Shown in pieces: positions 43,687 through 54,161 of a stretch of DNA of 64,000 bases. A program made the position numbers and the translations under genes. This stretch comes from Candidatus Eiseniibacteriota bacterium. Lineage in GTDB: Bacteria > Eisenbacteria > RBG-16-71-46. Within the stretch, counting starts at the first letter, position 1. Each line of letters opens with the position of its first letter. The notes below the pieces were generated by a model. It was given only the letters and a program-made list of their open reading frames with translations, was not told the DNA's origin and did not search any database. The DNA is taken from assembly GCA_963707915.1 (NCBI GenBank), contig OY970178.1, positions 1,760,001-1,824,000 on the forward strand, read 5' to 3'.

Positions 43687-44298
43687 ATGAAGCGCCTCAC
43701 CCTCGCGCTGGCATTCGCCCTGCTGGGCGCTGCCTCCGCCGCCGTGGCCGCCCCGCAGCACTTCGACATCGACAAGGTGCACTCGCAGGTCGGCTTCTCC
43801 ATCCGGCACTTCTTCTCGAAGGTCCCCGGACAGTTCAAGGACTTCAGCGGCACCATCGTGATGGACCAGGCGAAGCCCGAGGCGTCCTCGGTCGAGGTCA
43901 CGATCCAGGCGGCCAGCATCTCCACCGACAACGACGCGCGTGACAAGCACCTGCGCAGCGCGGACTTCTTCGCCGTGGACTCGCTGCCGACGCTGACCTT
44001 CAAGAGCACGAAGGTCGCCCCCGAGGGCAAGGACCGCTACAAGGTCACCGGCGACCTCACGATGCACGGCGTCACCAGGAGCGTGGTGCTGGACGTCGAG
44101 TTCCTCGGCGTGGGCGAGGTCGGCGTCGGCGGGCAGAGCTTCGGCACCAAGGCCGGGTTCGACGCCACCACCAGCATCAACCGCAAGGACTTCGGCATCA
44201 ACTGGAACAAGACGCTCGACCAGGGCGGGCTGATGCTGGGCGAGGACGTGGCCATCAGCCTGCACGTCGAGGCGAGCCTGAAGCCGCCGGCGAAGTAG
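43687..44298 (+). CDS. Secreted YceI-family protein
   Basis: AAAGGAG RBS, signal peptide, ID..HS.VGF, RDKHLRSADFF, GDLT.HGVT, INRKDFG. Confidence 0.92.
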   Translation: MKRLTLALAFALLGAASAAVAAPQHFDIDKVHSQVGFSIRHFFSKVPGQFKDFSGTIVMDQAKPEASSVEVTIQAASISTDNDARDKHLRSADFFAVDSLPTLTFKSTKVAPEGKDRYKVTGDLTMHGVTRSVVLDVEFLGVGEVGVGGQSFGTKAGFDATTSINRKDFGINWNKTLDQGGLMLGEDVAISLHVEASLKPPAK

Positions 44299-44327
44299 AT
44301 CGTCCTTCCGCACTGCGCGGCTCCACG

Positions 44328-44361
44328 GCCCCCGGTTCCCCCCGGCCGGGGGCTTCGTGTT
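44328..44361 (+). terminator. Probable intrinsic terminator after yceI
   Basis: GCCCCCGGTT-cccccc-GGCCGGGGGC followed by TTCGTGTT. Confidence 0.5.
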
Positions 44362-44485
44362 GCTCCGCGACGGCGCCCCCGATCACCGTCCATGCGGTGC
44401 ACAGAACGGCGCGTCAATTGCATGGCGATGATCCCCGACGTTCCCCCTTGCGCGCGCGATCGGCTTCGTCCAACATGCGCGCAGG

Positions 44486-45253
44486 ATGACTCCCCAGACC
44501 GCCACGCTGACGGATCAGCTGCGCTTCACCACGATCGCCCACCGGGATCATGTGTTCCTCAACCCGCTGAGCAGTCCGAAGGTGGACCAGGTGCTTTCCA
44601 TGCTCGAACTGCCGCAGGGCGCCCGCGTGTTCGACGCGGGCTGCGGCAAGGGCGAGATGCTGGTGCGGCTCGCGGACCGCCGCGGCGCGCGGGGCGTGGG
44701 CGTGGACGTGAACCCGGCGTTCCTCGCCGACGCGGGCCGGCGGGCCGAGGCGCGCGTGCCGCACGCCGGCCTCGCCTTCCACGAGCAGCCCGCGGGCGAC
44801 TTCCCGGCGGAGCCCGGCGCCTTCGACGCCGCGCTGTGCGTCGGGTCGACCGAGGCGTACGGCGGCTACCGGGACGCGATGCGCGCGCTGGCCGGCCTCG
44901 TCCGGTCCCACGGGCGCCTGATGATCGGCGAGCGCTTCTGGCGCCGCCGCCCCCACCCCGACTACCTCGAGGTGCTGGGCCTCGACCAGGACGACCTGCT
45001 GGACCACCCGCGCAACGTGCGCGCGGGCGAGGAGGCCGGCCTGGTCCCGATCTGCACCGCCGTCAGCACCGAGGACGAGTGGGCCCGCTACGAGGGGCTC
45101 TACGCCCACGCGGTCGAGGAGCACGTGAGCGGGCACCCCGAGGACCCCGAGGCCGAGAGCATGTGGAAGCGCATCCGCCGCCACCACGAAGCCTGGGAGC
45201 ACTGGGGCCGCGACACGATGGGCTTCGCGCTCTACGTCTTCCAGAAGAAGTAG
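44486..45253 (+). CDS. Class I SAM-dependent methyltransferase
   Basis: VFDAGCGKG motif I, GVDVN, FDAALCVG. Confidence 0.85.
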   Translation: MTPQTATLTDQLRFTTIAHRDHVFLNPLSSPKVDQVLSMLELPQGARVFDAGCGKGEMLVRLADRRGARGVGVDVNPAFLADAGRRAEARVPHAGLAFHEQPAGDFPAEPGAFDAALCVGSTEAYGGYRDAMRALAGLVRSHGRLMIGERFWRRRPHPDYLEVLGLDQDDLLDHPRNVRAGEEAGLVPICTAVSTEDEWARYEGLYAHAVEEHVSGHPEDPEAESMWKRIRRHHEAWEHWGRDTMGFALYVFQKK

Positions 45254-45418
45254 CCCACCGCCGCAACCTGAAGACCGACAAGCAAGTAGACCTGGGGCAC
45301 GCCGGCGTCCGGCACGGAGGCGTCCCCGTGCGGCGGCGGCGTATCCTGCGCGCTCGCGGCCCGCCGGCGGGCCCGAGCTGCAGGAGCCCTTCGTCACGCC
45401 CATCGGATCGAGGTCCCC

Positions 45419-46468
45419 ATGAACTACCGTCTGTTCGGCAACAGCGGACTACGCGTCTCCGAGCTCTGTCTCGGCACCATGACCTTCGGCGAGGAGTGGG
45501 GCTGGGGCGCCTCGAAGCAGGAGAGCCGCAGGATCTTCGACGCGTACGCGGCGGCCGGCGGCAACTTCATCGACACCGCCAATCGCTACACCGAGGGCAC
45601 CAGCGAGCGCTTCGTGGGCGAGTTCGTCGCCGCCGAGCGCGAGCGTTTCGTGGTGGCGACCAAGTACACGCTCTTCACCCGCAAGGGCGATCCCAACAGC
45701 GCGGGCAACCACCGCAAGAACCTGGTGCAGTCGCTCGAGGCCAGCCTGGAGCGTCTGAAGATGGACTGCGTGGACCTCTACTGGGTGCACGCCTGGGACT
45801 ACCTGACCCCGGTGGACGAGGTGATGCGCGCGCTCGACGACGTGGTGCGCGCGGGCAAGGCGCTCTACGTCGGCATCTCCGACACGCCGGCCTGGATCGT
45901 CTCGCGCGCCAACACGCTCGCCGAGCTGCGCGGCTGGACGCCGTTCGCCGGGATCCAGGTCGAGTACAGCCTGATCCAGCGCACGGTGGAGCGCGAACTG
46001 CTCCCGATGGCGCACGCGCTCGACCTGGCGGTGGCGGCGTGGGGACCGATCGGCGGAGGCATGCTCACGGGCAAGTACAACGCCGACGCGGGCGCCGAGC
46101 AGCGGGCCGAGCCCGCTCGCATGCGGGACAACCCCGCCGCCGCGCGGCTCGCCGAGCGCAACCTGCGCATCGCGGGCGTGGTCCGGGAGGTGGCGCGGGA
46201 GACCGGCCGCACGCCCGCGCAGGTCGCCGTGAACTGGGTGCGTCACCGGCCGGGCAAGGTCATCCCGATCGTGGGCGCGCGCACGCTCGGGCAGATCGAG
46301 GACACGCTGGGCGCGGTGGCGTTCGAGCTCGAGCCCGCGCAGGTGAGCCGTCTCGACGAGGCGAGCCGCATCGAGCCGGGATTCCCGCACGAGTTCCTGG
46401 CGCAGCCGAACATCCGCGACCTGGTCTACGGCGGCACCCTGGACCGGATCCTGGACCGGAGACCGTAG
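45419..46468 (+). CDS. Aldo/keto reductase
   Basis: LCLGTMTFG, FIDTAN.Y, ATKY, SLERL, YVGISD, PIVGART. Confidence 0.93.
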   Translation: MNYRLFGNSGLRVSELCLGTMTFGEEWGWGASKQESRRIFDAYAAAGGNFIDTANRYTEGTSERFVGEFVAAERERFVVATKYTLFTRKGDPNSAGNHRKNLVQSLEASLERLKMDCVDLYWVHAWDYLTPVDEVMRALDDVVRAGKALYVGISDTPAWIVSRANTLAELRGWTPFAGIQVEYSLIQRTVERELLPMAHALDLAVAAWGPIGGGMLTGKYNADAGAEQRAEPARMRDNPAAARLAERNLRIAGVVREVARETGRTPAQVAVNWVRHRPGKVIPIVGARTLGQIEDTLGAVAFELEPAQVSRLDEASRIEPGFPHEFLAQPNIRDLVYGGTLDRILDRRP

Positions 46469-46605
46469 GCGGCCCGCGGCGGGGCCTTCGGGAGCGGCAC
46501 GCGCGGCCGGTGGAGGGTGCCGGTCGCACCGGGCGAGCCGTGGCACCATGCGCCCGGCGGCACGAACGGCGCCCTTGGCCGCCGTTCGGTCCTCCTGCCC
46601 GGCGT

Positions 46606-47355
46606 TCAGCCCCCCGTGGCGAAGAGCTTCCACGCGGCGACGGCGAGCACCACGGCGAGCAGGCGGCGCAGCGTGGGAGGAGGCAGCCGCCGGCTGCCCA
46701 CGGTCGTGCCGATCAGGCCGCCGGCCACCGCCGCGACCGCCAGGACCGGCAGGCCCGGCGGCAACGCGCGCACGCTCGAAGCGCGTCCCAGCAGCCCGGC
46801 GACCGAGTTCACCAGGATGAACGCGGCCGACACGGCCGCCGTGGTGCGAACGTCGGCCCAGCGCGCGAGCACCAGGACCGGGCTCAGGAAGATGCCGCCC
46901 CCCACCCCGGTGAGCCCCGAGAGGAACCCCATGCCCGCGCCGATCGGCAGCGCCGCCGCCTTCGGCACCGGGCGCATCGTGCCGTCGGACTTCGCGCCCG
47001 CGCGTTGCCACAGGCGCAGCGCGGCGTAGACCAGCACCGCGCCCACGACGCGCCGGTAGAGCACGTCGGGCAGCATGACGGCGCCGCCCACGAAAGCCAT
47101 CGGCACGGCGGCGAGCGCGAACGGCCAGAAGGTCCGCCACGAGAAGCGTCCGGCGCGGGCAAACTGCACGGTGGCGATCGCCGAGACCAGGATGTTGAGC
47201 ACCAGCGCCGCCGGCTTCATCACCTCCGGCGCCAGGCCGAAGAGCGCCATCGCCGCGAGGTACGCCGAGGCGCCGCCGTGCCCCACCATCGAGTAGAGCG
47301 CGGCGGCGGCGAAGACCAGCAGGGCGAGCAGGGCGAGTGGGGCGGGATCGAGCAT
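46606..47355 (-). CDS. TauE/SafE sulfite-exporter family membrane protein
   Basis: VGHGGASAY and SGLTGVGGGIFL.P repeats; many TM segments. Confidence 0.85.
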   Translation of the reverse strand: MLDPAPLALLALLVFAAAALYSMVGHGGASAYLAAMALFGLAPEVMKPAALVLNILVSAIATVQFARAGRFSWRTFWPFALAAVPMAFVGGAVMLPDVLYRRVVGAVLVYAALRLWQRAGAKSDGTMRPVPKAAALPIGAGMGFLSGLTGVGGGIFLSPVLVLARWADVRTTAAVSAAFILVNSVAGLLGRASSVRALPPGLPVLAVAAVAGGLIGTTVGSRRLPPPTLRRLLAVVLAVAAWKLFATGG

Positions 47356-47432
47356 CCGGTCTCCGGCGAGGTCGGGGGGAAGCGGCGCGGACGGGGCCGG
47401 CGGCCCCGTCCGTCTGCCGGAGGAGCGCGACC

Positions 47433-47804
47433 TTACTTCGCGCCCGCCATCTTCATGCCCTTGAAGAGCGTCATCACGTGCTCCTTCATGGCGGGGTCCT
47501 GCATCGCCACGTTGAGCGCGCCGTCGATCAGCGTCTGGTTCTTCCCGACCACTTCCATCACGGCCTGGGCGCCGCCCGCGCTGCCGACCAGCCGGTCGAT
47601 GACGATCGCGCGCGTGCTGTCGGTGCCGAGCAGCCGGTCGACCATGCCGCCGGCCACGGCCCGGTCGGCGGTGATCATGTCCATGACCTTCGCCTGGAGC
47701 TCGGGGTTGGCCATCACCTGCTTGCCGGCGTCCCCCGCGCAACCCAGCCCCAGCACCACGCACGCCGTCGCGACCAGCACGATCGTCCACCTCGTCTTCC
47801 GCAT
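47433..47804 (-). CDS. Hypothetical lipoprotein
   Basis: AAGGAGGAGG RBS; basic N-terminus, hydrophobic stretch, LGC lipobox; Met-rich helical body. Confidence 0.7.
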   Translation of the reverse strand: MRKTRWTIVLVATACVVLGLGCAGDAGKQVMANPELQAKVMDMITADRAVAGGMVDRLLGTDSTRAIVIDRLVGSAGGAQAVMEVVGKNQTLIDGALNVAMQDPAMKEHVMTLFKGMKMAGAK

Positions 47805-47890
47805 GATCCGGTCCTCCTCCTTCGATGGCGGCCACGGCCCGACGCCGCGCCGCTGGTGATGCGAGCCTTCCCCTCCGGCGCCCGCGCCGT

Positions 47891-49342
47891 TCAGGCGACG
47901 GGCGGGCGCTTCGTGTGCCAGTCCGTCCGCTGCTGGTACGCATGCCCGACGCGTACCAGCAGCGCCTCCGAGAACGCCGGCCCCACGAGCTGGAACGAGG
48001 TGGGCAGCCCATTCTCGCCGAAGCCGTCCGGCAACGCGAGCGCGGGCAGGCCGCACAGGTTGCCGGCCGGGATCAGCGCCGGCCCGCCGCTCACGCCGGG
48101 GTAGGCGTCCTCGAAGTTCCGATCGGCCGGGTAGGCCACGCTGGCGCGCGTCGGCGCCACCACCGCGTCGAAGCGCTCGAAGAGCCGCGCGACCGCCCGC
48201 TTCATGGGCCGCCTCAGCCGCATCGCCTGCAGGTAGTCCACCGCCGGCAGCAGCAGCGAGGAGTAGCCGCCCGAGCGGTCGGCCGGGCAGGTGAGCTGCT
48301 GCGCGCGGCCCGACTCGAGCAGGTCGAGGAACGCGGCCGCGCCCTCGGCGCCCACGATGGTCCCGACCGCCGGCCCCCAGGGGAAGTCGGGCCACTCGAC
48401 CTCGCGCGTCACCTCGACGTCGCCGCCGAGCGCCCGCAACGCCGCCTCGAAGTTCTCGCGCACCGCGGGCTGCACCTTCTCGGTCACGCCCTTCGGCACC
48501 GCCAGCCGCAGCTTCTTCGCGCCGCCGAGCGGCGCGGACTTCACGTGCGCGAAACCGCGCTCCAGCGCGCTCTCGTCGAGCGGGTCGGGTCCCGCCATGG
48601 CGGCCAGCACGAGCGCGCAGTCGTCGGCGCTGCGCCCCAGCGGCCCGAGCTTGTCGAGCGTCCAGCACAGCGCCATCGCGCCGTGGCGGCTGACGAGCCC
48701 GTAGGTCGGCCGCAGGCCGGTCACGCCGCAGAAGGCCGCGGGCGTGAGGATCGAGCCCGAGGTCTCCGAGCCGATGGCGAAGGGCACCAGGCCCGCCGCC
48801 ACGGCGGCGCCGGGGCCGCTCGAGGAGCCGCCGCTCCAGAACTTCGTGTTCCACGGCGTGAGGCCCGGCCCGGTGAACGAGGCGTTCGCGTGGTTGTAGC
48901 CCATGCCGCCGGCCAGTTCCACCATCGCGAGCTTGGCGACCAGCACCGCGCCCGCCTCGCGCAGCCTCCGCACCGCGGTGGCGTCGTAGTCGAAGACCTG
49001 GTCCCGGTACGGCTCGGCGCCCCAGCTGGTGGGCACGCCCTTCGTGGCGAGCAGGTCCTTCACGCCGTAGGGGATGCCGTGGAGCGGCCCGCGGTCGTGA
49101 CCGTTCGCCAGCTCCTGCTCGGCGAGCCGGGCCTCTTCCATCGCCGGTTCGCGCATCAGCGTGGCCACCGCATTGTACTTCGGGCCCAGCCGCTCGAGCC
49201 GGTCCAGGCAGCCCGCCACCAGGTCGGTGGGCTTCAGTCGCCGGGCGCGGATGCGGGCCGCGAGCTCGGAGACGGGCAGGAAGAAGACGCTCTCGTCGAG
49301 TGCGGCGGGCGTGTGCGGGACGGCGCGTGCCTGCGTTTCCAT
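47891..49342 (-). CDS. Amidase-signature family enzyme
   Basis: GIPYGVKD, GGSSSG, GSETSGSI (Ser-cisSer-Lys triad). Confidence 0.92.
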   Translation of the reverse strand: METQARAVPHTPAALDESVFFLPVSELAARIRARRLKPTDLVAGCLDRLERLGPKYNAVATLMREPAMEEARLAEQELANGHDRGPLHGIPYGVKDLLATKGVPTSWGAEPYRDQVFDYDATAVRRLREAGAVLVAKLAMVELAGGMGYNHANASFTGPGLTPWNTKFWSGGSSSGPGAAVAAGLVPFAIGSETSGSILTPAAFCGVTGLRPTYGLVSRHGAMALCWTLDKLGPLGRSADDCALVLAAMAGPDPLDESALERGFAHVKSAPLGGAKKLRLAVPKGVTEKVQPAVRENFEAALRALGGDVEVTREVEWPDFPWGPAVGTIVGAEGAAAFLDLLESGRAQQLTCPADRSGGYSSLLLPAVDYLQAMRLRRPMKRAVARLFERFDAVVAPTRASVAYPADRNFEDAYPGVSGGPALIPAGNLCGLPALALPDGFGENGLPTSFQLVGPAFSEALLVRVGHAYQQRTDWHTKRPPVA

Positions 49343-49352
49343 GGCCGTGCTC

Positions 49353-49715
49353 CTACGCCCGGAAGGTGAAGTCGGGCTCGTCAGCGTTGCCCAGCTTCAC
49401 CTCCCGCATGCGCTTCAGGGCCTTGAGGTCGCCGTCGAAGTCCCGCGCGATGGACTCCAGCTGCTCCTTCGAGAGATGCCGGCCGCAGCGCCGCTCGATG
49501 ATCCCGGCGAGGGCTCGTGCGTCCTCGCCGATCTCGGGCGGCGCCTGGGCCGCCGCCGTGTCGGCAGGCGCGGTCGACGTGGCCGGAACCGGTGCCGCAC
49601 CCGGCGCCGGCGCCGGCGTGCCGGCGAGCGCCGGCGCCGCGAGCGCCGACGAGATCCCCGCCAGGCCGACGGTCTTCAGGAATTCGCGGCGATCGGTGCT
49701 CGCGACACTGGACAT
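49353..49715 (-). CDS. Small Tat-signal protein, probable amidase partner
   Basis: AGGAGG RBS; DRREFLK twin-arginine motif; C-terminal L.NADEPDF.F. Confidence 0.7.
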   Translation of the reverse strand: MSSVASTDRREFLKTVGLAGISSALAAPALAGTPAPAPGAAPVPATSTAPADTAAAQAPPEIGEDARALAGIIERRCGRHLSKEQLESIARDFDGDLKALKRMREVKLGNADEPDFTFRA

Positions 49716-49756
49716 GCGTTCCTCCTGGATCGGGACGACGGCCTCGGCGCGGGCGC

Positions 49757-50737
49757 TCAGGATCCCGCCCGGGCCTCGGCGACCACCTGCCGGATGGCCT
49801 TTCGGAGCGACGTGCGGACCGACTCGGGCAGCTTCTCCCCCCGCCAGGCGCGGCAGGTGACGAGCACGTCCTTCAGGGTCGCGCAGGTCGCGCCGCAGTC
49901 CGGGCACCCCTTCACGTGGACCTCGAGCCTGGCGCACACGTCGGCGTCGAGCTCACCCTCGAGGTAGCGGCTCACGAGCCGCGCCGTGTCGGGGCAGCCC
50001 GGGGCCACCCGGGCGCGCGGCGCGTGCGGTGCGAGCAGCTCGCGCAGGGCGACACGGGCGCGGTGGAGCCGTGACTTGACCGCGCGCTCCGAGATCCGCA
50101 GGGCCTCCCCCACCTGCTTCGCGGGTAGACCCTCGATGTCGCGCAACACCAGCACCTCGCGCTGCGAGGGCGGCAGCGCCGCGATGGCGCGTTGCAGCGC
50201 GTCACGCAGTTCCGTGCGCTCGAGCGCCTGGTGGGGGTCCTGGCGCGGGTCCGCGACCTGGAGCGCGCCCGGGCGGTTGGGCGTGCCCCCGTCGAGCGGC
50301 TCGAGGCGCGCGGGCGCCTGCGCGCCCCGGCGCCGCTGCCGGGTGCAGGCGTTGCGCGCCACCCGGTAGGCCCAGGTCGTGAGCGAGGACTCGCCGCGGA
50401 AGCCGTGCAACGAGCGCGCGACCGCGGCCAGGGTGACCTGCGCCACGTCCTCGGCATCGTGCGGATCGCCGCAGAAGCCGCGGCCGAAGCGGTACACGGG
50501 CCCGCTCAGCAGCTGGAGCAGCCGCTCGAGCGCCTGGCGCTCCCCGCCGCGGGCCGCCGACAGCAGGCGGCGCTCCTCGGCGCGCGTCAGCCGGAACACC
50601 GCGGCGCTGCGGGCGCCCGAATCGACGCTCCGCTTCAGCGAGCGGACGGTCGCGGCGCGCACCGCCGCGGGGGCTCCGGCCACCGCCGGAACGTCATCCG
50701 GTTTGGCGCTCAAGGTCAGGCACCTCCACAGGCTCAT
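49757..50737 (-). CDS. ECF sigma factor fused to a C-terminal zf-HC2 (anti-sigma-like) zinc finger; start uncertain
   Basis: DAEDVAQ, FRGESSLTTW.YRVARN, VKSRLHRAR; C...LVSRYLEGEL....RLEVHVKGCPDC. Confidence 0.85.
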   Translation of the reverse strand: MSLWRCLTLSAKPDDVPAVAGAPAAVRAATVRSLKRSVDSGARSAAVFRLTRAEERRLLSAARGGERQALERLLQLLSGPVYRFGRGFCGDPHDAEDVAQVTLAAVARSLHGFRGESSLTTWAYRVARNACTRQRRRGAQAPARLEPLDGGTPNRPGALQVADPRQDPHQALERTELRDALQRAIAALPPSQREVLVLRDIEGLPAKQVGEALRISERAVKSRLHRARVALRELLAPHAPRARVAPGCPDTARLVSRYLEGELDADVCARLEVHVKGCPDCGATCATLKDVLVTCRAWRGEKLPESVRTSLRKAIRQVVAEARAGS

Positions 50738-50842
50738 GCGTGCTCGTCGAGACCGAACCCGGCGCGGGCCACGGAGCGCGGGACGAGCGGCATGATAGCA
50801 GAGACCCCGGCCCGGCTCCGCGCGGGAGCGCGGCGCGACGCC

Positions 50843-51531
50843 TCATGGGTGAACAACCAGGCCCCGCCGGCGAGGATCAGGAGGCCGCGACCACGCGCAG
50901 CCAGCGGGTCGCGGTCTGGAACCGGCCCGGACGGGCGAGCGCCGCGGCCGCGCCGACCGAGGTGCCGGCCACCAGCAGCAGCAGCGAGTGCCCGAGCCCG
51001 TAGGCGAACAGCCGCGCGCCGCGCGGCGCGCCAATCCACGGGACCAGGCCGGCGCAGCAGCACCGGCCCGGTGCACGGCAGCGAGACGATGCCGAATACG
51101 AAGCCCAGCACGAACGCGCCCAGCGCCCCCGCGGCGCGACGCCGGGCCGGCGGCAGGGGGATCCCGGGAAGGCGCAGCCAGCCGAGCAGGTGCGGCGCGG
51201 TGAAGGCGCACACGGCCAGCAGCACGTAGCGCCACCAGGGCGTGCCCAGGACGGCCCTCGCGCCCGAGAGGACGGAGAAGAGCAGGGCCAGCTCGAGCGC
51301 GAAGCCGCCGACGAAGAGCAGGGAGAAGCCCAGGGTGCGCCGCCAGGGGCGCTCGCTCGCGCCGCGCCCGACCAGGCCGGCCGAGAAGCCGACCATGAGC
51401 GGGACCATGGCCAGCACGCACGGGTTGAGCGCGGTGAGCGCGCCGCCGAGGAACGCGGCCAGCGGCGCCAGCGCGGGGCTGTGGGCGATGACCGCGGCCA
51501 GTTGCTCGCTCAGGCTCTCCAGGACGTCCAC
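50843..51531 (-). pseudogene. CcdA/DsbD-like cytochrome c biogenesis membrane protein, frameshifted; 3' end approximate
   Basis: LNPCVLAMVP and SLPCTGPVL redox cysteines; frame lost after about 51060. Confidence 0.75.
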
Positions 51532-51547
51532 GCGTCCCCCGCTCCCG

Positions 51548-51957
51548 CTACTTCGCCGCGGGGCGCAGGGCCACGCCGAGACTGTCCTTGAAGATCCGCT
51601 CGATCTCCTCGCGGGAGAAGAAGCCCTCGTGGCGGAATCGCTCGCGGCCGGTCCGGTCGAAGAAGACCTGCGTGGGGATCAGGCGGATGCCGTACGGCTT
51701 GCCCGCCTGCGGCTCCTTCCAGACGTCGATGAACTGCACGTCCACCGCGCCGGCGTAGTCCACCCGGAGCGCCTCGAGGATGGGGGCCATGCGCTTGCAC
51801 GGGATGCACTTCCCCGCGCCCAGGTCCACGAGGCGCGGGAGCGCGCGACGGGCGGGGCGGGCTTCGGGGCCTTGCGGGCGAGGGCGGGCACGGCGGTGAT
51901 GAGCGCCAGGCTCACGAGCAGCAGCGCGATGCGTCCGGTGCGACCTGTCACTGGCAT
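51548..51957 (-). pseudogene. Exported thioredoxin-family protein, frameshifted near 51845
   Basis: Signal peptide in one frame; LVDLGAGKCIPCK..IPTQVFFD..HEGF in another. Confidence 0.8.
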
Positions 51958-52079
51958 CCTCCTCGGGACTCGGCGTTCGGGGCTCGAGCGGCGACTCGAT
52001 CGCCGACACCGCGGCGGCGCGTCCCGTCCGGCGCATCGAACGATCCGCGGACCGCGCGCCCGGCAGGCCGCGGAGCCTC

Positions 52080-52126
52080 TTGACGACCGGGCGCGAGGAT
52101 ACTACATTTCGTCACATGGCGAAATG
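52080..52126 (+). promoter_or_regulatory. Sigma70 promoter with overlapping ArsR-type operator
   Basis: TTGACG (52080) - 17 bp - TACATT (52103); palindrome CATTTCGTCA-ca-TGGCGAAATG at 52105-52126. Confidence 0.7.
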
Positions 52127-52131
52127 GCAGG

Positions 52132-52609
52132 ATGAACATGCTGCTTGAGCTGGAGGCGGCCCTCAAGGCGGCCGGCGACCCGACCCGGACCCGCATCCTG
52201 AAGCTGCTGGAGGCGGGCGCTGTGCGTCTGCCAGGTGCAGGCGGTGCTGGGGCTCGCGCCGTCGACGGTCTCGAAGCACCTGACGCTGCTCAAGGCCGCG
52301 GGCTCGTGACCGACCGGCGCGACGGCCGCTGGATCCACTACGCGCTCGCCGCGGAGGAGCGCAATCCCTACGCCCGCGCGGTGCTGGCGCTGCTGCGCGG
52401 GCCGCTCGACCGCGACCCGCGGTGCTCGAGGACCGCCGGCGGCTGCGCAGGGTGAAGGCCGTCCCGGTCGAGACGCTGTGCGCCCTGCCGCCGGCCCGGC
52501 GGGCGCCGTCGCCTCTCGTGCAGGTCGGGACGCCCCGCACCGCGCGCCGGCGCCGGCGCGCGTCGCCCGCGCGGCGCCCGCCCGCCGGCGCGGACCTCCG
52601 CATGCCTGA
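52132..52609 (+). pseudogene. arsR: ArsR/SmtB transcriptional repressor, frameshifted; end approximate
   Basis: KAAGDPTRTRILKLL; LCVC..STVSKHL in a shifted frame; RRDGRWIHY. Confidence 0.75.
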
Positions 52610-53035
52610 GCGCCTCCCCCGCCTGCTCTTCGTCTGCGTCGAGAACTCCTGCCGCTCGCAGATGGCCGAGGGCTTCGCGCGCGCGCTGGGCAGGGGACGG
52701 GTCGCCGCGTTCAGCGCGGGCTCGCGCCCCTCGGGCCGGTGAACCCGCGCGCGATCCGGTTCATGGGCGAGCAGGGCATCGACCTCTCGGCCCAGCGCTC
52801 GAAGGGGCTCGACGAGCTGCCGGCGGGACCCTGGGACAACGTCGTCACGATGGGCTGCGGCGACGCCTGCCCGCACCTGCCGGCCCGCGCACCGGCGGGA
52901 CTGGGACCTGCCGGATCCGAAGCACCTCGACGACGAGGGCTTCCGGGCGGTCCGCGATCGCATCGCGTCCTGGTCCAAGGACTCATCGACGAGGCGGCGC
53001 CCGACGGCTCCGCCGAAGCGAGCACCGAGGACTGA
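52602..53035 (+). pseudogene. arsC: Arsenate reductase (LMW-PTP type), frameshifted
   Basis: [38 protein letters not shown] across frames. Confidence 0.85.
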
Positions 53036-53064
53036 CGAACGACACTCCACCCGGGAGTCACGAC

Positions 53065-54153
53065 ATGGCAGACAGACGCGATCCGCGGCGCACGCCGGAG
53101 TCGCCGGCCGGCTCTCCTTCCTCGACCGCTACCTGACGCTCTGGATCTTCCTCGCCATGGCCGTCGGCGTCGGCGGCGGCTGCCTGTTCCCCGGCGTGGT
53201 GCCGCTTCCTGAACCGCTTCAACGTCGGCACGACCTCCATCCCCATCGCCATCGGCCTCATCCTGATGATGTACCCGCCGCTGGCGAAGGTGCGCTACGA
53301 GGAGATGGGCCGGGTCTTCCGCAACGGCCGGGTGCTCGCGCTCTCGCTGGTGCAGAACTGGGTCATCGGCCCGATCCTGATGTTCGGCTGGCGGTGCTCT
53401 TCCTGCGCGACCAGCCCGAGTACATGGTCGGGCTCATCCTGATCGGCCTGGCGCGCTGCATCGCCATGGTCATCGTCTGGAACGACCTGGCGAAGGGCGA
53501 CAGCGAGTACTGCGCCGGCCTGGTGGCCTTCAACTCGATCTTCCAGGTGCTGTTCTTCTCGCGTCTACGCCTACGTCTTCATCACGCTCGCTGCCGCCGC
53601 TGGCTCGGCCTGCGAGGGCGTCGTCGGTGAACATCACCATCGGCCGAGATCGCCAAGAGCGTCTTCATCTACCTCGGCATCCCGTTCCTCGCCGGGATCC
53701 TCACCCGCTTCGCGCTGCTGCGCGGCCAAGGGCAAGGACTGGTACCAGCGGCGGTTCATCCCGAAGATCAGCCCGATCACGCTCGATCGCGCTGCTCTTC
53801 ACCATCGTGGTGATGTTCTCGCTCAAGGGCGAGAAGATCGTGCAGCTGCCGCTCGACGTGGTGCGCATCGCCATCCCGCTGCTCATCTACTTCGTCGTGA
53901 TGTTCTCGTCTCGTTCTTCATGAGCAAGCGGGTGGGCGCCGAGCTACCCGCAGTCGGCGACGCTCTCGTTCACCGCGGCCTCGAACAACTTCGAGCTGGC
54001 CATCGCGGTGGCGGTCGCGACCTTCGGCATCCACCACGGCGCGGCCTTCGCGGCGGTGATCGGGCCGCTGGTCGAGGTGCCGGTGCTGATCGGCCTGGTG
54101 AACGTGTCGCTGTGGTTCCGGCGGCGCTGGTTCCGCGACGCGAGGCGGCGTGA
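53065..54153 (+). pseudogene. acr3: Acr3-family arsenite efflux transporter, multiple frameshifts
   Basis: [66 protein letters not shown]. Confidence 0.88.
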
Positions 54154-54161
54154 GACCACCG

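Noticed and set aside
47891..49342. gatA of the tRNA amidotransferase
   Set aside because: No gatB nearby and the partner has a Tat signal; called a generic amidase
52422..52742. Genuine ArsR-ArsC fusion
   Set aside because: The in-frame join lies in an indel-rich stretch and an overlapping ATG/TGA at 52602-52609 fits two genes; cannot be supported without reads
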